From assembly GCA_002633005.1 (NCBI GenBank), contig NMRA01000380.1, positions 1 to 64,000 on the forward strand: a DNA stretch of 64,000 bases, given 5' to 3'. Below the pieces are notes generated by a model, which saw only the letters and a list, made by a program, of their open reading frames with translations, did no database searches and was not told where the DNA came from. The DNA is from Phoronis australis (Eukaryota; Animalia; Phoronida). Numbering within the stretch: the stretch's first letter is position 1; every line of letters starts with the position of its first letter. Of this stretch, positions 35,901 to 47,428 are shown piece after piece. A program made the position numbers and the translations under genes.

Positions 35901-38900
35901 ATTCTAAAGCTAATTAGCACGGGACGCGTCTTGCGCTCGTGGTTACACCATTGGTGTAAGGCGTCCTCTTCCGCAATTCTGTAGTCTCGAGCGAACTCTC
36001 GCTGGCCGGAGAACCTTAAGGCTGATTTCTTACTCTCTTCATCAGTTCAAAGCCATTCAATTTAGCATTTTTAAGAATATGAGAGTTTTATATGATATCA
36101 CGTACTTATAAATTTTGTTGTGCGTCGATTTCGGTTTTGCTCTCGAATAACAGCCCTTGGAGTAAATCAAATTGAAATCTTCGAAGAAGTCCAACGAAAT
36201 GCTCTCGAGAAAAGTACACCGAAAATAAAATGGGTCAACAAGAAAAGAACTTAGTCAGTGGGAACTGAAAAGTGCAGTCAGTGAGAAACCTACATCTCAT
36301 GAAAAGAATTGCGTTAAAAAAGGACCCAGTTGATTAGAACTCTTGTACACTAGGAAAGAAAATTGTCAGGAACATTGTGTTTATCGAGTTTTGGGTTTTA
36401 TTGTAGTCGAACACGGACACAAAAATGCAGTGAAATAATGTTACGCCAAATTCCGGTTATAGAAATGCTGATATTTGAACTTTATTAACCGAATAATGTC
36501 CCGTTGTGTTCTCCTCCGAATACATGTAGGTTTGACTTTGAGTCGAGCAGACGCGTGGCTCTCTGACCACCGGCTGCTTAACACAAAATCTATTTTAGAT
36601 GGTACGTACAAGCTGAATAACCCTCGTGACTGCGGAATGTCCAACGGCAAATGCAGTACTCAGATTGCAGCATGGACGGTTGGAATGCCTGGAATCTGCT
36701 GGCCGGATGAACTGGGCACCCTTATTGGAAATAACTCGGGATTTTCTCATTTTATGATTCAGGTACTGTACTGTTATAGGAAGTGATCCCACTCCTTTGA
36801 GTTATATTACGTTATTCCTGCAAAAACAAAGAACAATTAATCACAAGTAATGTCTTGACAGTGAAATCTATAACTGTGAAGTTCAATTACTCAGCAAATC
36901 CCAAATCAGTTTTCTTCCGGCATCCGATAAACACAATTATAAATTATTGGATTTTCCTAAGTCGATGCCCAACTATGCCAATCACACGTTTATAAAGCAT
37001 TGCACTTCTACCACAACGTCTTTTTTGTGTTTGCAATTCCTATCTCCGTAAACGAGTAAATGTATATATGTTTATATGGGAAACATTTCTAATATAATCA
37101 AGGTGGGACTTTTTAATGCGAATAAACCTTGAGGTACCTGTTACGAAACTATAAAACTCGATGTAGCTACAATTTACTAAACTAGGAAATAAAACGTAAA
37201 CACAAAAATCCCGTTTAATGTGTCATAGAAAGTGAAAAACAAAATTACTTATTCAAAGTGGTTCTCAACCACTGAAACAGAAGTCAAACTGCTCACCAGG
37301 CATTTTTACTGTTTGTAAAACTTTTGAATTTCTATTGATGTCAAAACATTTGTTCATTTACGTTTTAAAATTCAAGAAAACCATCATATGCTCATTTAGC
37401 CGATTTTGTTTTTGACACAAGGCAGGCTTCCTTATTTGGTAGGCAAGATATAAACGTTAGCACATTTCTCATATATTGAAAATGTGATCTTTGACCTTTG
37501 ATGTACACAAAGCAATGGTGATTTTAAGCCGCAGCCAATCCAACTTCTTTGAGCGCATGCGCGCCTATATATTATCACTGCGAGAATCTGAAAACTGTAT
37601 TGAGATGAAAGTGTTTTATTTCGTCTGTGTTTCAAAAATAATAAATCTGATGATTTTCTCTAGAACTTCTTGCGATATTAAAAATAAATAACTCCCAAGC
37701 CAACAACCATAAGAAGTTGGTTTGCCACGATCTGTTTAGAGGCCGTTTGTAGTAGTTTTCGAATTCTGTGCATATTTAAGGCATGCACGCGTCCGAGAGT
37801 CACCCAATGACTTCAGCAAAAACATTTTGAAGAACTCATTATTTTTGAATAGGCGTTGGGGTCGAAATACAGAAATGTTTTTCGAGTTCTACTGTTGGCC
37901 ACTTTATTTGATCTTTCCAGCTACATTGGAACAATCCGCAAAAACTGAGTACCTACAAGGATAATTCCGGTATAACCTTGCATATCACTCCAAAACTGCG
38001 TAAATACTCCGAGGCAACGTTCGTCATCGGCCAAATGTACATGAATATACCACCCGGCAAGCAATCGTACGAAGTTAGTGCTAGCTGCCGCTCATCGTGC
38101 TCATCCAAGAACATGAACGAGTCATTCTTTGTTTACTCTGGTTCCGTACACATGCACTACTTAGGTATGTATTTTTATGGGCAGGGGACTTGAGAACCTA
38201 TTTTGTATTCACAGCCCTTCTTCACTGTGGTCGGGTGTAGCTTAGATAGCGTTTAACTTCATTTGCAATGGAACTAAGACAATGTGGCTGAGTCAAATTA
38301 AGCTTGTACTTGTTATTTCGTAATCTAGCTATCTTATGTTCCGTTCATGGATATTCGTTAAAAGAATAGTTTGGATAAATTTAATTCTCATACCTTCATA
38401 AGTCAGGCGTACATGGTATAATGTATTATAACTCAGATAGGAAATTTATAGATATACATGTATCCCGAGTTCGTGGAACACACTCTCGTTTGGGCCTCAG
38501 CGCAAAATTCTATCAATCAAACAATCGCAAAATGATGGAAATTAAGTAACGCGATTTCAGGCAAATCGGGTGCTGTCGAACATTACCGCGGAGGGAAAAA
38601 GATAGGTATGATTGTGGACACACCAGACTACAGCTACGATAGACCGGAGAGCACGGAGTAAGTTTGCGGTTTGTTCAATTATCGTTGTAACCTACATGTA
38701 GCTTGCTTATGTCTTGTAAGTCGCATACCGCATGGGACTACTTTCGTGAAAAACTGAGGCCACGTTTTACAAAGCAGTCTTCCATAAATATTTGCTATAA
38801 CAGCACGACTGAAGAGTACATGTACAGAGTCTGATTTAATGTAATTCATTTTCCAACTGTGATATGCTAACAATTTTACTGGGTATTTTTTGTTAAGTCT

Positions 38901-41900
38901 TATTAATGCGTAATTACAAATGATTCGCTGCTTGCCAATCTGTAAACATTGACGAGCGACACCTCCCGTAACGAAACGTGACCCTGAAATCTGGAAATAA
39001 GTCAGACACATTATGCCCCATATGCTATCAATGAACTGAATCGTATTTTAAAAATTCCAAAATGTTTGAGAATGTACCCAATATCGCTAGTCAATGGAGT
39101 AAATTGTAATAAACCGATGATCAAATCTGGGACGTGGGCCTGAGGAAAGTGAGCTGCGGTGTTAGCAAGTACACGACAAGAAACTTGTTCAGTGATAGCG
39201 TCCGACTGAAGTATCATGACACGTTTTAAGAAAGAGGCCCAAAAATTTTCCAAAAGAAAATCATGCAGCGAAACATTTTTAGATTATGGATTAACAATTT
39301 TAATGTCCCGAAAACCTGATGTTTTTCCACCGTTTTATTTTTTGATAGTTTTTGAAAAACATCTTTTTAGAAAAACTTGCATTGATTCAAGTGAAGGTGC
39401 GTGTAGACTTCGTGGTCCGATTTTAGTCGGTCAATTATGGGAGACACATTAAGCCTATTTCTTTAAAACAGCTCGGAGATAGATACCTATTCGCTTCCCG
39501 ATACCTTCCGACAACTGTAACCCGTCTTTTATCGGTTGTGTTGTAGTCATAAGCCTCCAATCGAATTTAAACCCGGCGATGAGATGAAATTAAAATGTGA
39601 ATACAAATCCACGTCAAGGACTGATGTGACGACCTACGGCGATGGAACTCAGGTATACACCGCACGACTGCTCATTATCACGTGGATGTACTATAAATGA
39701 GTTGAGCTTCAAAAATAGCTCACTTGCGAGTTTCTCGTTAGTCACTGTGACGTCACCGGAAAAGGGGCAAAACCCGCCATATTGCTCTTGTTTTGCCCCG
39801 AGTATTTGCTACACACGCTAAAACTTACTGGAGTTCTTATGGTGAATTCTACGCTTAAAACGTTAAAACAACTTAAGATATGGTAGATAGGTCGTGGAAT
39901 AACTGTGAATGGACGAAGAAAATGTGAACTTGTTATGTTGTGCGAAGCTGTGAACGGACTGAAAATGGAACTTAGCCCGCTCTAGGCCTGAATGCCGCAG
40001 GCATACAGGGGCGATAGTGTATCCCCATAAAAAGATATTCACTTCAAAATACAGCAAATAAAATCAAATGAAACATGCATATGTGCATATGAAGTTATAA
40101 TTAACACATACCCTGACTCTGGACACAATTTAGTCTACAAATAACTTGAGCATATTCATGAAAACCTCGCGGTTCTCTCGAGTTTCTCTCACTAAAGAGC
40201 CGCCATTTTGAGGAAGTTACGTGAAATCACGCCTGTTGACGAACAAAAAGTCCAAGGGACACAAATCTTACAAATTTCACTTGATATTTTCTCATGCTAT
40301 TTTGCAAGTGTCACGCGCCAGGTCACGCGCCAGATCTCGCGCTTCGCTCAGTCTCGCGCTTGCCTTTGCCTCATACTCACCTGACTCAGTTGAAATACTT
40401 AATTGTGGTTATCGCGCGCGCGGACAAAGTTAACAGTAACCACAAAGTGGAGTTGGAATTCTTCGCCAAAGTCACCTAAATTCATCGAAGATATGTTTAG
40501 AAGCAGAAAGAGTCACTGAAGAAAGTAAGCGCCTTTTAGGTGGTAATTTTAGGTGTAGAATGTATTTTTGACGAGGTGAAAACTTTATCAGTGAGCGGAT
40601 TTAGCCTACCGCCAGTTTAAAATACACGGGACGAAATTAGTACAGAACGCGATAGAACGTATTGTAGTGCGAATCTGAATTTCATTTGCCATAACAGCAA
40701 TGCTTTTTGGACATTTTTCGAACTAAACGGCTAAAAACTCGAAGACAATAACAGAATACACTCTGCTACCGTATTGGGCAAATGACCAAACGACAAGCTT
40801 TTGCCCACTTCCCGTGACGTCACAGTTAAGTCTCACATAATCTCGCGTTATTGTTATAAACTCGCAAAAGGCCTATTAGCCAGGTGTCATTTATATGTAG
40901 GAAAAACCTGGTGTGCGTTTTATGCAGTTAATTTCTTGCCCGTTTGGCGTGATCAAGCAAGATTATGCTGCATTCAGGTATAAGTGAAACTAAATGCTTC
41001 TAATTTTAACAAAAGTTGTAGCGTTTTTCACACTCAGAAACAAGACCTAGTAATAGTGAACAAAACCTTACTTTTTGCTTGTTATGTACTTTGTACATTG
41101 TGCACTCCTCGTGGAAATTTGTTACACTCGATAGTTCATTTTGAACATGCTGACATCAACGCTTTTACATGTGAGAACGTTTAATCCGAAAACTTACTTT
41201 CGCATTGCAGGAGGAGATGTGCTATGGGTTTATTGGAATTTTTCCGGCATCGGCTGCCAAACAGTTTAAGTACTGCATCGACTTTGGGTCTGTAGACTTG
41301 TGCAAAGAAGCTGACGAAAAATTCAAGAACACGATGATCGGACAGTGTCACTTGGGTGAATATTTGTATGAAGATTTGACAAAGATTGGCGAAGATATGT
41401 GGTGGGTATGTATAATCCATTCACTCGCTGATCACGTGACAGGTTTGCACTGTCCACCGCTTCGAACGGTATACAGTAGATAGCATCTCGCGAGAACACA
41501 GCAGGAAACTGCAGTTGTCCCGCCATTCCAATCATTCAACCACGTGTCTCAGTTTTCAGAAGTGAATTTTTTTGCCATTCACTTTGGTTGCCATTTTGTA
41601 GGCATTCCTCCAAAATTATGAAATATTGAAATTCTATTCTATATTATTCTAAAACTTCTTTTTGACATCCTGTGCTGTGACCAAAACGAATAAAAGCAGC
41701 AAGACTGGATTTTGAGGTACGAGTTTAAGGACGTGATCTTTAGAATTTTTCATATTTTGTAATGTGCCAAGACTTACATGTAACTACAGTAGGGCACATC
41801 CAACGCCAGTTGCATTTGACGACATTGACGTCGTTTTCAAGCTTGTTGTGAGAAATTTTAAGTTCTTTTTTCGAAAAATATTGCTGTTGTGATAATTCAA

Positions 41901-42745
41901 AAAGTAAGCTTTAGACGCTTTTCATATTTTACCGTGAGGTGAAGGTCGAGAATCACCAGACTGTAATCGAGTTTGGCGACGTGGCCTCGCTTTCAAGATT
42001 ACTGAAAATTCATCACATAGTGATCTGTACGAAAATCCAGTTTAAAGCAGATTATTTCCTTTGAAAATGACATTAACTGAGTCGTCATTTTAAATATTCA
42101 GGAAACAAATTGTTGCGATTATGAAAAATAACTGCAGGCGTTCTGGCACACGTTGTACCAGATGCTCTTGGGCGCCCTATTGCACTGATCACGTGGAGCC
42201 ATTTTTATGTCTTATTGATGTATAGTTAAAACTGAAGTTAGGAGCTAGAAACCTAACTCAAGAGTTGGCAGTGTGTCCCAAAGGAAGTTGAACCCACGAC
42301 TTTGAGTAAAGGAAGTGGTCAAATACCCACTGGTCCACACAGCCTGCTCCAATGATTTACATTAAAAAATCGTTACCATTAAATTGCGTGTATCTTCAGT
42401 AGGCGGTAGACAGTTTTGTCACCTTAGTGTACAAATGATTGTTCGGGTAAAAAAATGAATGGAAGACTCACTGAATTTGTTGAATTTCAGCGCTGCAACG
42501 GTCTCAACGGGGAATGTCCCTCAACGTGCAAAAAATACGTCGACGAAACACTGAGCAAAAACCCGTGCAGACAAGAGCCAGCGAAAGATCTGGTTTCAAA
42601 AATGATGAGAGGCATCAAATTTGTAAGGCAACTAGATGAAATAACCGAAGCCTGTAAACTGGTTACACTAGACAACTCAGCGGCGCGGTACAGAGGACAA
42701 CTTTTGTTTTTGTGGGTCATTCTTTTTGCCTGGGTCTTTTATTAG
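29698..42745 (+). CDS. Gene B: complete temptin-domain / copper type II monooxygenase (DBH/MOXD1-like) fusion with putative GPI signal, 10 exons, 556 aa
   Basis: Exons 29698-29898, 31435-31528, 32417-32554, 33570-33746, 36599-36762, 37921-38164, 38561-38657, 39547-39652, 41211-41405, 42491-42745; total 1671 nt, open to TAG, all GT-AG. Cu ligands MHHIL, QLHWNNP, HMH, EEMC. C-terminus DNSAARYRGQLLFLWVILFAWVFY. Confidence 0.92.
31435..31528 (+). CDS. Gene B exon 2
   Basis: KWTKELCNKDSDGDGKTNGAELGDPDCIWTT|gtaaac. Confidence 0.9.
32417..32554 (+). CDS. Gene B exon 3
   Basis: KTPANADGISHPGVCEPVGSAKCNATNDWDFCNLEQFTCNATKEP|gt. Confidence 0.88.
32740..32810 (+). mobile_element. tRNA-derived SINE head
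   Basis: GTAGTTCAGTGGTAA..CTAGA-CCGGCAA-TCTAG..GGTTCGATTCCC. Confidence 0.55.
32875..32994. repeat. (TA)n microsatellite with duplicated flank
   Basis: Two (TA)n runs, each followed by AAGTACTATAGAAAATTATTAGGATTTCGA. Confidence 0.9.
33570..33746 (+). CDS. Gene B exon 4
   Basis: VTTLTLRIDETSVPPKETTYICQHF...VMHHILLFGCDS|gtaact. Confidence 0.9.
35080..35479. mobile_element. PIF/Harbinger (NuwaI-type) MITE, CWG TSD
   Basis: TIR GGCCCGGTCTC, TSD CAG; copy of 13082-13482. Confidence 0.88.
36599..36762 (+). CDS. Gene B exon 5
   Basis: GTYKLNNPRDCGMSNGKCSTQIAAWTVGMPGICWP...FMIQ|gt; 164 nt. Confidence 0.88.
37921..38164 (+). CDS. Gene B exon 6
   Basis: LHWNNPQKLSTYKDNSG...VHMHYL|gtatgt. Confidence 0.9.
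38561..38657 (+). CDS. Gene B exon 7
   Basis: KSGAVEHYRGGKKIGMIVDTPDYSYDRPEST|gtaagt. Confidence 0.87.
39547..39652 (+). CDS. Gene B exon 8
   Basis: HKPPIEFKPGDEMKLKCEYKSTSRTDVTTYGDGTQ|gt. Confidence 0.88.
39717..40874. mobile_element. Non-autonomous DNA transposon with AT TSD (ISL2EU-like) in gene B intron 8
   Basis: Absent at the homologous empty site in B' (~59770, AAAAATTAGCC); imperfect TIRs AGCTCACTTGCGAGTTT/AAACTCGCAAAAGGCCT; flanked by AT. Confidence 0.7.
41211..41405 (+). CDS. Gene B exon 9
   Basis: EEMCYGFIGIFP...GEDMWW|gtatgt. Confidence 0.88.
42491..42745 (+). CDS. Gene B exon 10 (Cys-rich tail + GPI-like signal)
   Basis: tttcag|RCNGLNGECPSTCKKY...DNSAARYRGQLLFLWVILFAWVFY*; conserved in copy B'. 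Confidence 0.85.
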   Translation, partial: RCNGLNGECPSTCKKYVDETLSKNPCRQEPAKDLVSKMMRGIKFVRQLDEITEACKLVTLDNSAARYRGQLLFLWVILFAWVFY

Positions 42746-45700
42746 ATGCATTTCTTTGGCAACTTGAAACAGGACGTTACTATGGTGATTAGTATGTAGA
42801 GCGCATAAATATTCGGACTTGATTAGCGTTGTGTGGTATGTATAAGTGACGTTTTCAAGCAATTAAGATCACTGTCTATCAGTTTACCCATACTTAACTT
42901 AATGAGGATGATTTTATGTTTTATAATGAATCCGTTGATACAAAAGCTGTCATTTTATATACATGTTATTAACCGTAATATTTAGAAGGTACTTTCGCCG
43001 ATATAGTTTTGAAATCTTAACCTAAGTGCTTTTGGATTTAGAAGAACTGCTGCACGGCCATTTGTAATTGAACGAACAGATAATTCAAACCACAAGCAAC
43101 ACGTATAATTTTAGAATTCACGTTTCTAGGATATGCCAATCTCAACAATACGTTTATTTTGGGGAGTGGGCATTAGATGGAACAAGTTCCTAGCAGAAAT
43201 CCAGTCATGTCGCGGATATCAATATCACAGGATGGGTTTTATGAGATTAACAAACTTGATTAATTTTCTTTTTTATGCAGCTACAGTACATCTAGGTACC
43301 GAGGAAATGCAGATTTATATGATACAGTCAATGACATTTAAAAAGAATTGTGACGCTAAATCCCAACTCAGGCTCATATAAGTGGAGAAATATTGGCAAC
43401 TGTTATGTTGGCACAGCCGTTGGTTTGATTAGTACTGGGGAGTGCATTGGAATCTGCAGTGCCACCAGGGCATGAGTGAACATGTTTGCTGATAGATCTC
43501 ACTCCATAGTCTTGTACTAGTTACAACTCAATCGTTCATATTTTATGGAGTCTACTATGCCTTCCTTTAAGCCAGCAATGTTATTGCTTTGGATATGATG
43601 GTCAGTCTGTGATGTCCACGTACCACACGACTGTTTAGATAGCAATGACTGCCATCGGCTACGTCATCATAATGACTAATTCTTCCACTATCTATTGAAC
43701 CGTCCTCATTATACTTATCGATTTTATTCTACTTGGCTGTCGAAATTTTTATGAACAAAGCATTAGGACAAATTGGTAGGCTTTTCCTATTCACAACACG
43801 TTCACGTGTCAAAGAAAGCCAAATCCACTGACCCTACTTGCAATGCAAATCTTAAAACTGTCGCCAAACCCGGCGTATTCTCACTTACTGTATGCTTGCC
43901 CCACGGTCTATTACTGCCACCTTGCGGTTAGAGATTTGTGGGATACCCGTCATTATGGGAAGAGTTCAATTATGCCTCGTGCTAGAAAACCGTTAAGTCT
44001 TTGCGGTATTACGCGATATGTTTCCACGTATTTTAAAGGAGAACGCGTGATTTTGGAGATTTTGCAGCCGCGAGACAGCTCAGTACTGAAACTCTACCAG
44101 GGTAGAGTTCAACAACGCTTGTATCTCGTTGGAATACCGAGATTGCGTGATATTCTGCGAGCTATTTCCATGTTACAGGTTTCAAGGGGAGCATGTGTTT
44201 TTGGCTAGTTTTTTCGCCAGGATACAGCTATTAAAATTTGCCCAAAAACCGGTTTGCTGGAAATTTAGGTCTACATTGTCTTTTTTGATTGGTTTCATGC
44301 GGTAGTTTTATATGACCCGGCTACCAGGTGATTGGTCCAAGCAAAACGAGTTCATAAGTTGTCATTGAGTGTTGTACTCAAACCAAAAATAACAAGCGCT
44401 GCAACTGTCGTGTAATTTAAGCATGTAATTTCAAAACCACCGTGACGAATTGGTCGAGTATTGGGCGTCTGCAGCTTTGTTGCCCAGGTACACCTAGGTC
44501 TAGTTGTACACACGTCGGTTAATTACATTCAAACTGCATTAAGCGGCCGCCTCCCCATTGTAGGGAGCAATGAACGTGACGTCATGAAGTATTCATTGGA
44601 TACGAGTTTTGTACTACCCTCTGCCGTCCTTACGTATAATTATGTGTCTGGTTAGCACTTCAATAAACCGTGTTATTGTGTAACGAGTTTGCGTCTTATA
44701 TACAGTCAACTGGGTTATGAAATGACTTACTACAGCGCTAACATATTGTGTCCAAACCGGACGATCGCCGCACAAATAAAAAAGTTCATGTTCAATTCAA
44801 CGTTTCGTCTTTTCATTAGACATCATCAGCTCATATGATCACATTTACAACAATTTAGGACAACAAGTGCCAACATACATAGCTCAGTGACCCTGCAACT
44901 ATGGTGATGACCAGCTATGACTATATTGCCTGTATCTCTCACTTCACTTTATGGATGTTACCTGAGCTGTATGTTGAAAAAAGTGGGTCAAGGTGTCGGC
45001 AGTTGACTCTCTTTCACTCTGAACAGATTCAGAAATCAAGAAAATGCCATTTGTAGTCTTCACATGCAGCACAGGACTTGAAATACCAAAACGAAAATTT
45101 TTAATGAAATTGAGGCAGCTAAATTCAACTGTGCCACCAGCCTTGTCCCTACACTTCACGATGGCTCTGATCGGTTTAGCCTTTTGAGGATTGGTTATGG
45201 GAAATGAAATATGTCAGAAATCTGGCACAATTTTTGCGGAAATCACCGGAATATCACGAGTAATGTAATTTTGAAATTTCTTGCAGTTATACATAAAATG
45301 AAAACTAACGTTATATCACAACAATTTAGTTGTGAATTGTTGCAAAACTGAAGTATTTTGATTAAAAAAGATTAATTTTAATGATACTATTAAAAAAAAA
45401 GAATTGAAAAGAAGTATGCCAATAACCTTTATTTCAAACAATATCCAAAACAATGTCTTCTGCTCCATACATGGTCGCAACAACGCGTGTGAAGACAATT
45501 AAAATATGCATTTGTATTAATGACGCCAAGGCAGCGGCTAATCATTGCCCAGAAAGTACCAAGCCTCAAATGGCTAAACCGATCAGCGTCATCTTGAGAC
45601 TCGGGGACGAGGCTCCGTGCCAGCTGCACACGTCGCAACAAACGATTGCAAACAACTCTTACGCATTCGTGGCGCAGCCTTAGCGGCCGTGAAATTTCCA

Positions 45701-47334
45701 GGACTAGAGTTCTATGACAACACGTAATCAAGAGCGATAGGCTAGGTTTGCAGTCCTCAAAAATCACCAATCGTTGTAAGTGATCCAACAAAAATCGCCT
45801 CGTCATGATAGACACCAGAACTCCTCGGATATTTTCGTACTAATCTAATTTTCGTCTCTCAGACGCATGATTTACTTCTGCATATGAGAACACCGTTGCT
45901 CACAACAAAGGGTAAGATTTGGTCAGTTGACTGCTAAACTCATGCCTTCAGCCTAGGAACCAGTACTGGTTCCTAGCTTCAGCCCAGCAGATCTCAACAG
46001 TCTTACGCAGAGGCCTCTTTTACCCTTAGTCTGCCTCCTTCTGTGGTGTTTTTCTTGTTTAAACCAGATATTATTGGGTAATCCCGTAAATTCTCTATTT
46101 TGAGAAGTCACATGGCATGCTATGAAGTTCGCACCTGCACAAATTTGAAGCGCCTGCGATGGATAATTTGATGCCACGGGGGGAAGACTCGCGGAAATGT
46201 TTCGGTCAGCAGAACAGGTCGGGTATCGCCTGATACATGTACATGTACATTTTATGCAACCAGGACGTTACCACCATGTTGGAAAGAACGCGATTGATAT
46301 GATTTTGAGTGGAATGTCCACAATACATTTTGGATATGACTTTCCCAATTTTTAAACGAAGGTGGGGCTGAGTGAATGTTTGGGAGTGCGAGGTGACACC
46401 AAGACTCATCGAATGCGAATCTACGCTATATGAATATCTCGTTTTGCACTTTATCTCTATCAGTTAAACCGGTAATAAATCCACTTTCCATCACAAAAAG
46501 AGGCAACTGTTGAATTAGACCTGTTACCGTTTTGAACTTATTGGTCTCAGCGTAATTGGACAAAAGTTAAATTTGATGTGATTTCAGCCGACAATTAATT
46601 TATGCTTGCGACCAACCTCAACAAGTTGGCTTATTACCGGCGACGTGTCATTTTATGCATCGAACCATGCCTCACGGCGCAACGAACAACAAAGCCTGGC
46701 TAGAAAAACAAGACTTCGCGAGATCACGCCGACTTTGGCAAATAAAACGCCCAAAATTCCAATTAAACTGACCAGTACAAAAATACTAAAGGACGCGTGT
46801 CCATGTGCATTCTCTAAGAGTTATGGTGAAAAGATTGATTACTGTTCGCCGGAAAAATCGCGATTGTTGTTATAGAATGCAAGAACACGTGGCTTTGTGG
46901 ATTTTTTGTATTGGGATCAAAGGTCATGATTCGTTTCTAATCAGCTTTTCAGAGCTACATGTAAGTGGGCATTACGGTTTTCTCTCTAACAGTTCGTACA
47001 CTAACGTACGAACTAATTCCCTTGACAGATTCGTGTTCCAATAAATTAATAAAGTCTTTGTTCTCGTTTCATGTATCATACACGATAGCGTTTATAATTT
47101 TTAAATTTCTTTGCTTTGATGATTGAAGTCTAGTCGAAGTACAGCAACTTTTTTACTATGAAATATTCTACACAATGTTTTATTTGATATTATACTCATG
47201 CGTTTGTGTCTGTGATGCCACTCACACTCGGTAATCTACTATTTGAACTGCCACCTGGCGAAAGACTTTTAAGTAGGCAATACGATAATTTGTTGAACAA
47301 ACTATCTAAGATCAAGAACAGGTTAATTTTCAAT

Positions 47335-47335
<1 letters not shown>

Positions 47336-47426
<91 letters not shown>
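47336..47426. repeat. (CA)n microsatellite
   Basis: About 45 perfect AC units. Confidence 0.98.

Positions 47427-47428
<2 letters not shown>

Noticed and set aside
29698-42745. Assigning the gene symbol DBH, TBH or MOXD1
   Set aside because: The domain architecture differs (temptin instead of DOMON), and orthology cannot be established without a phylogeny
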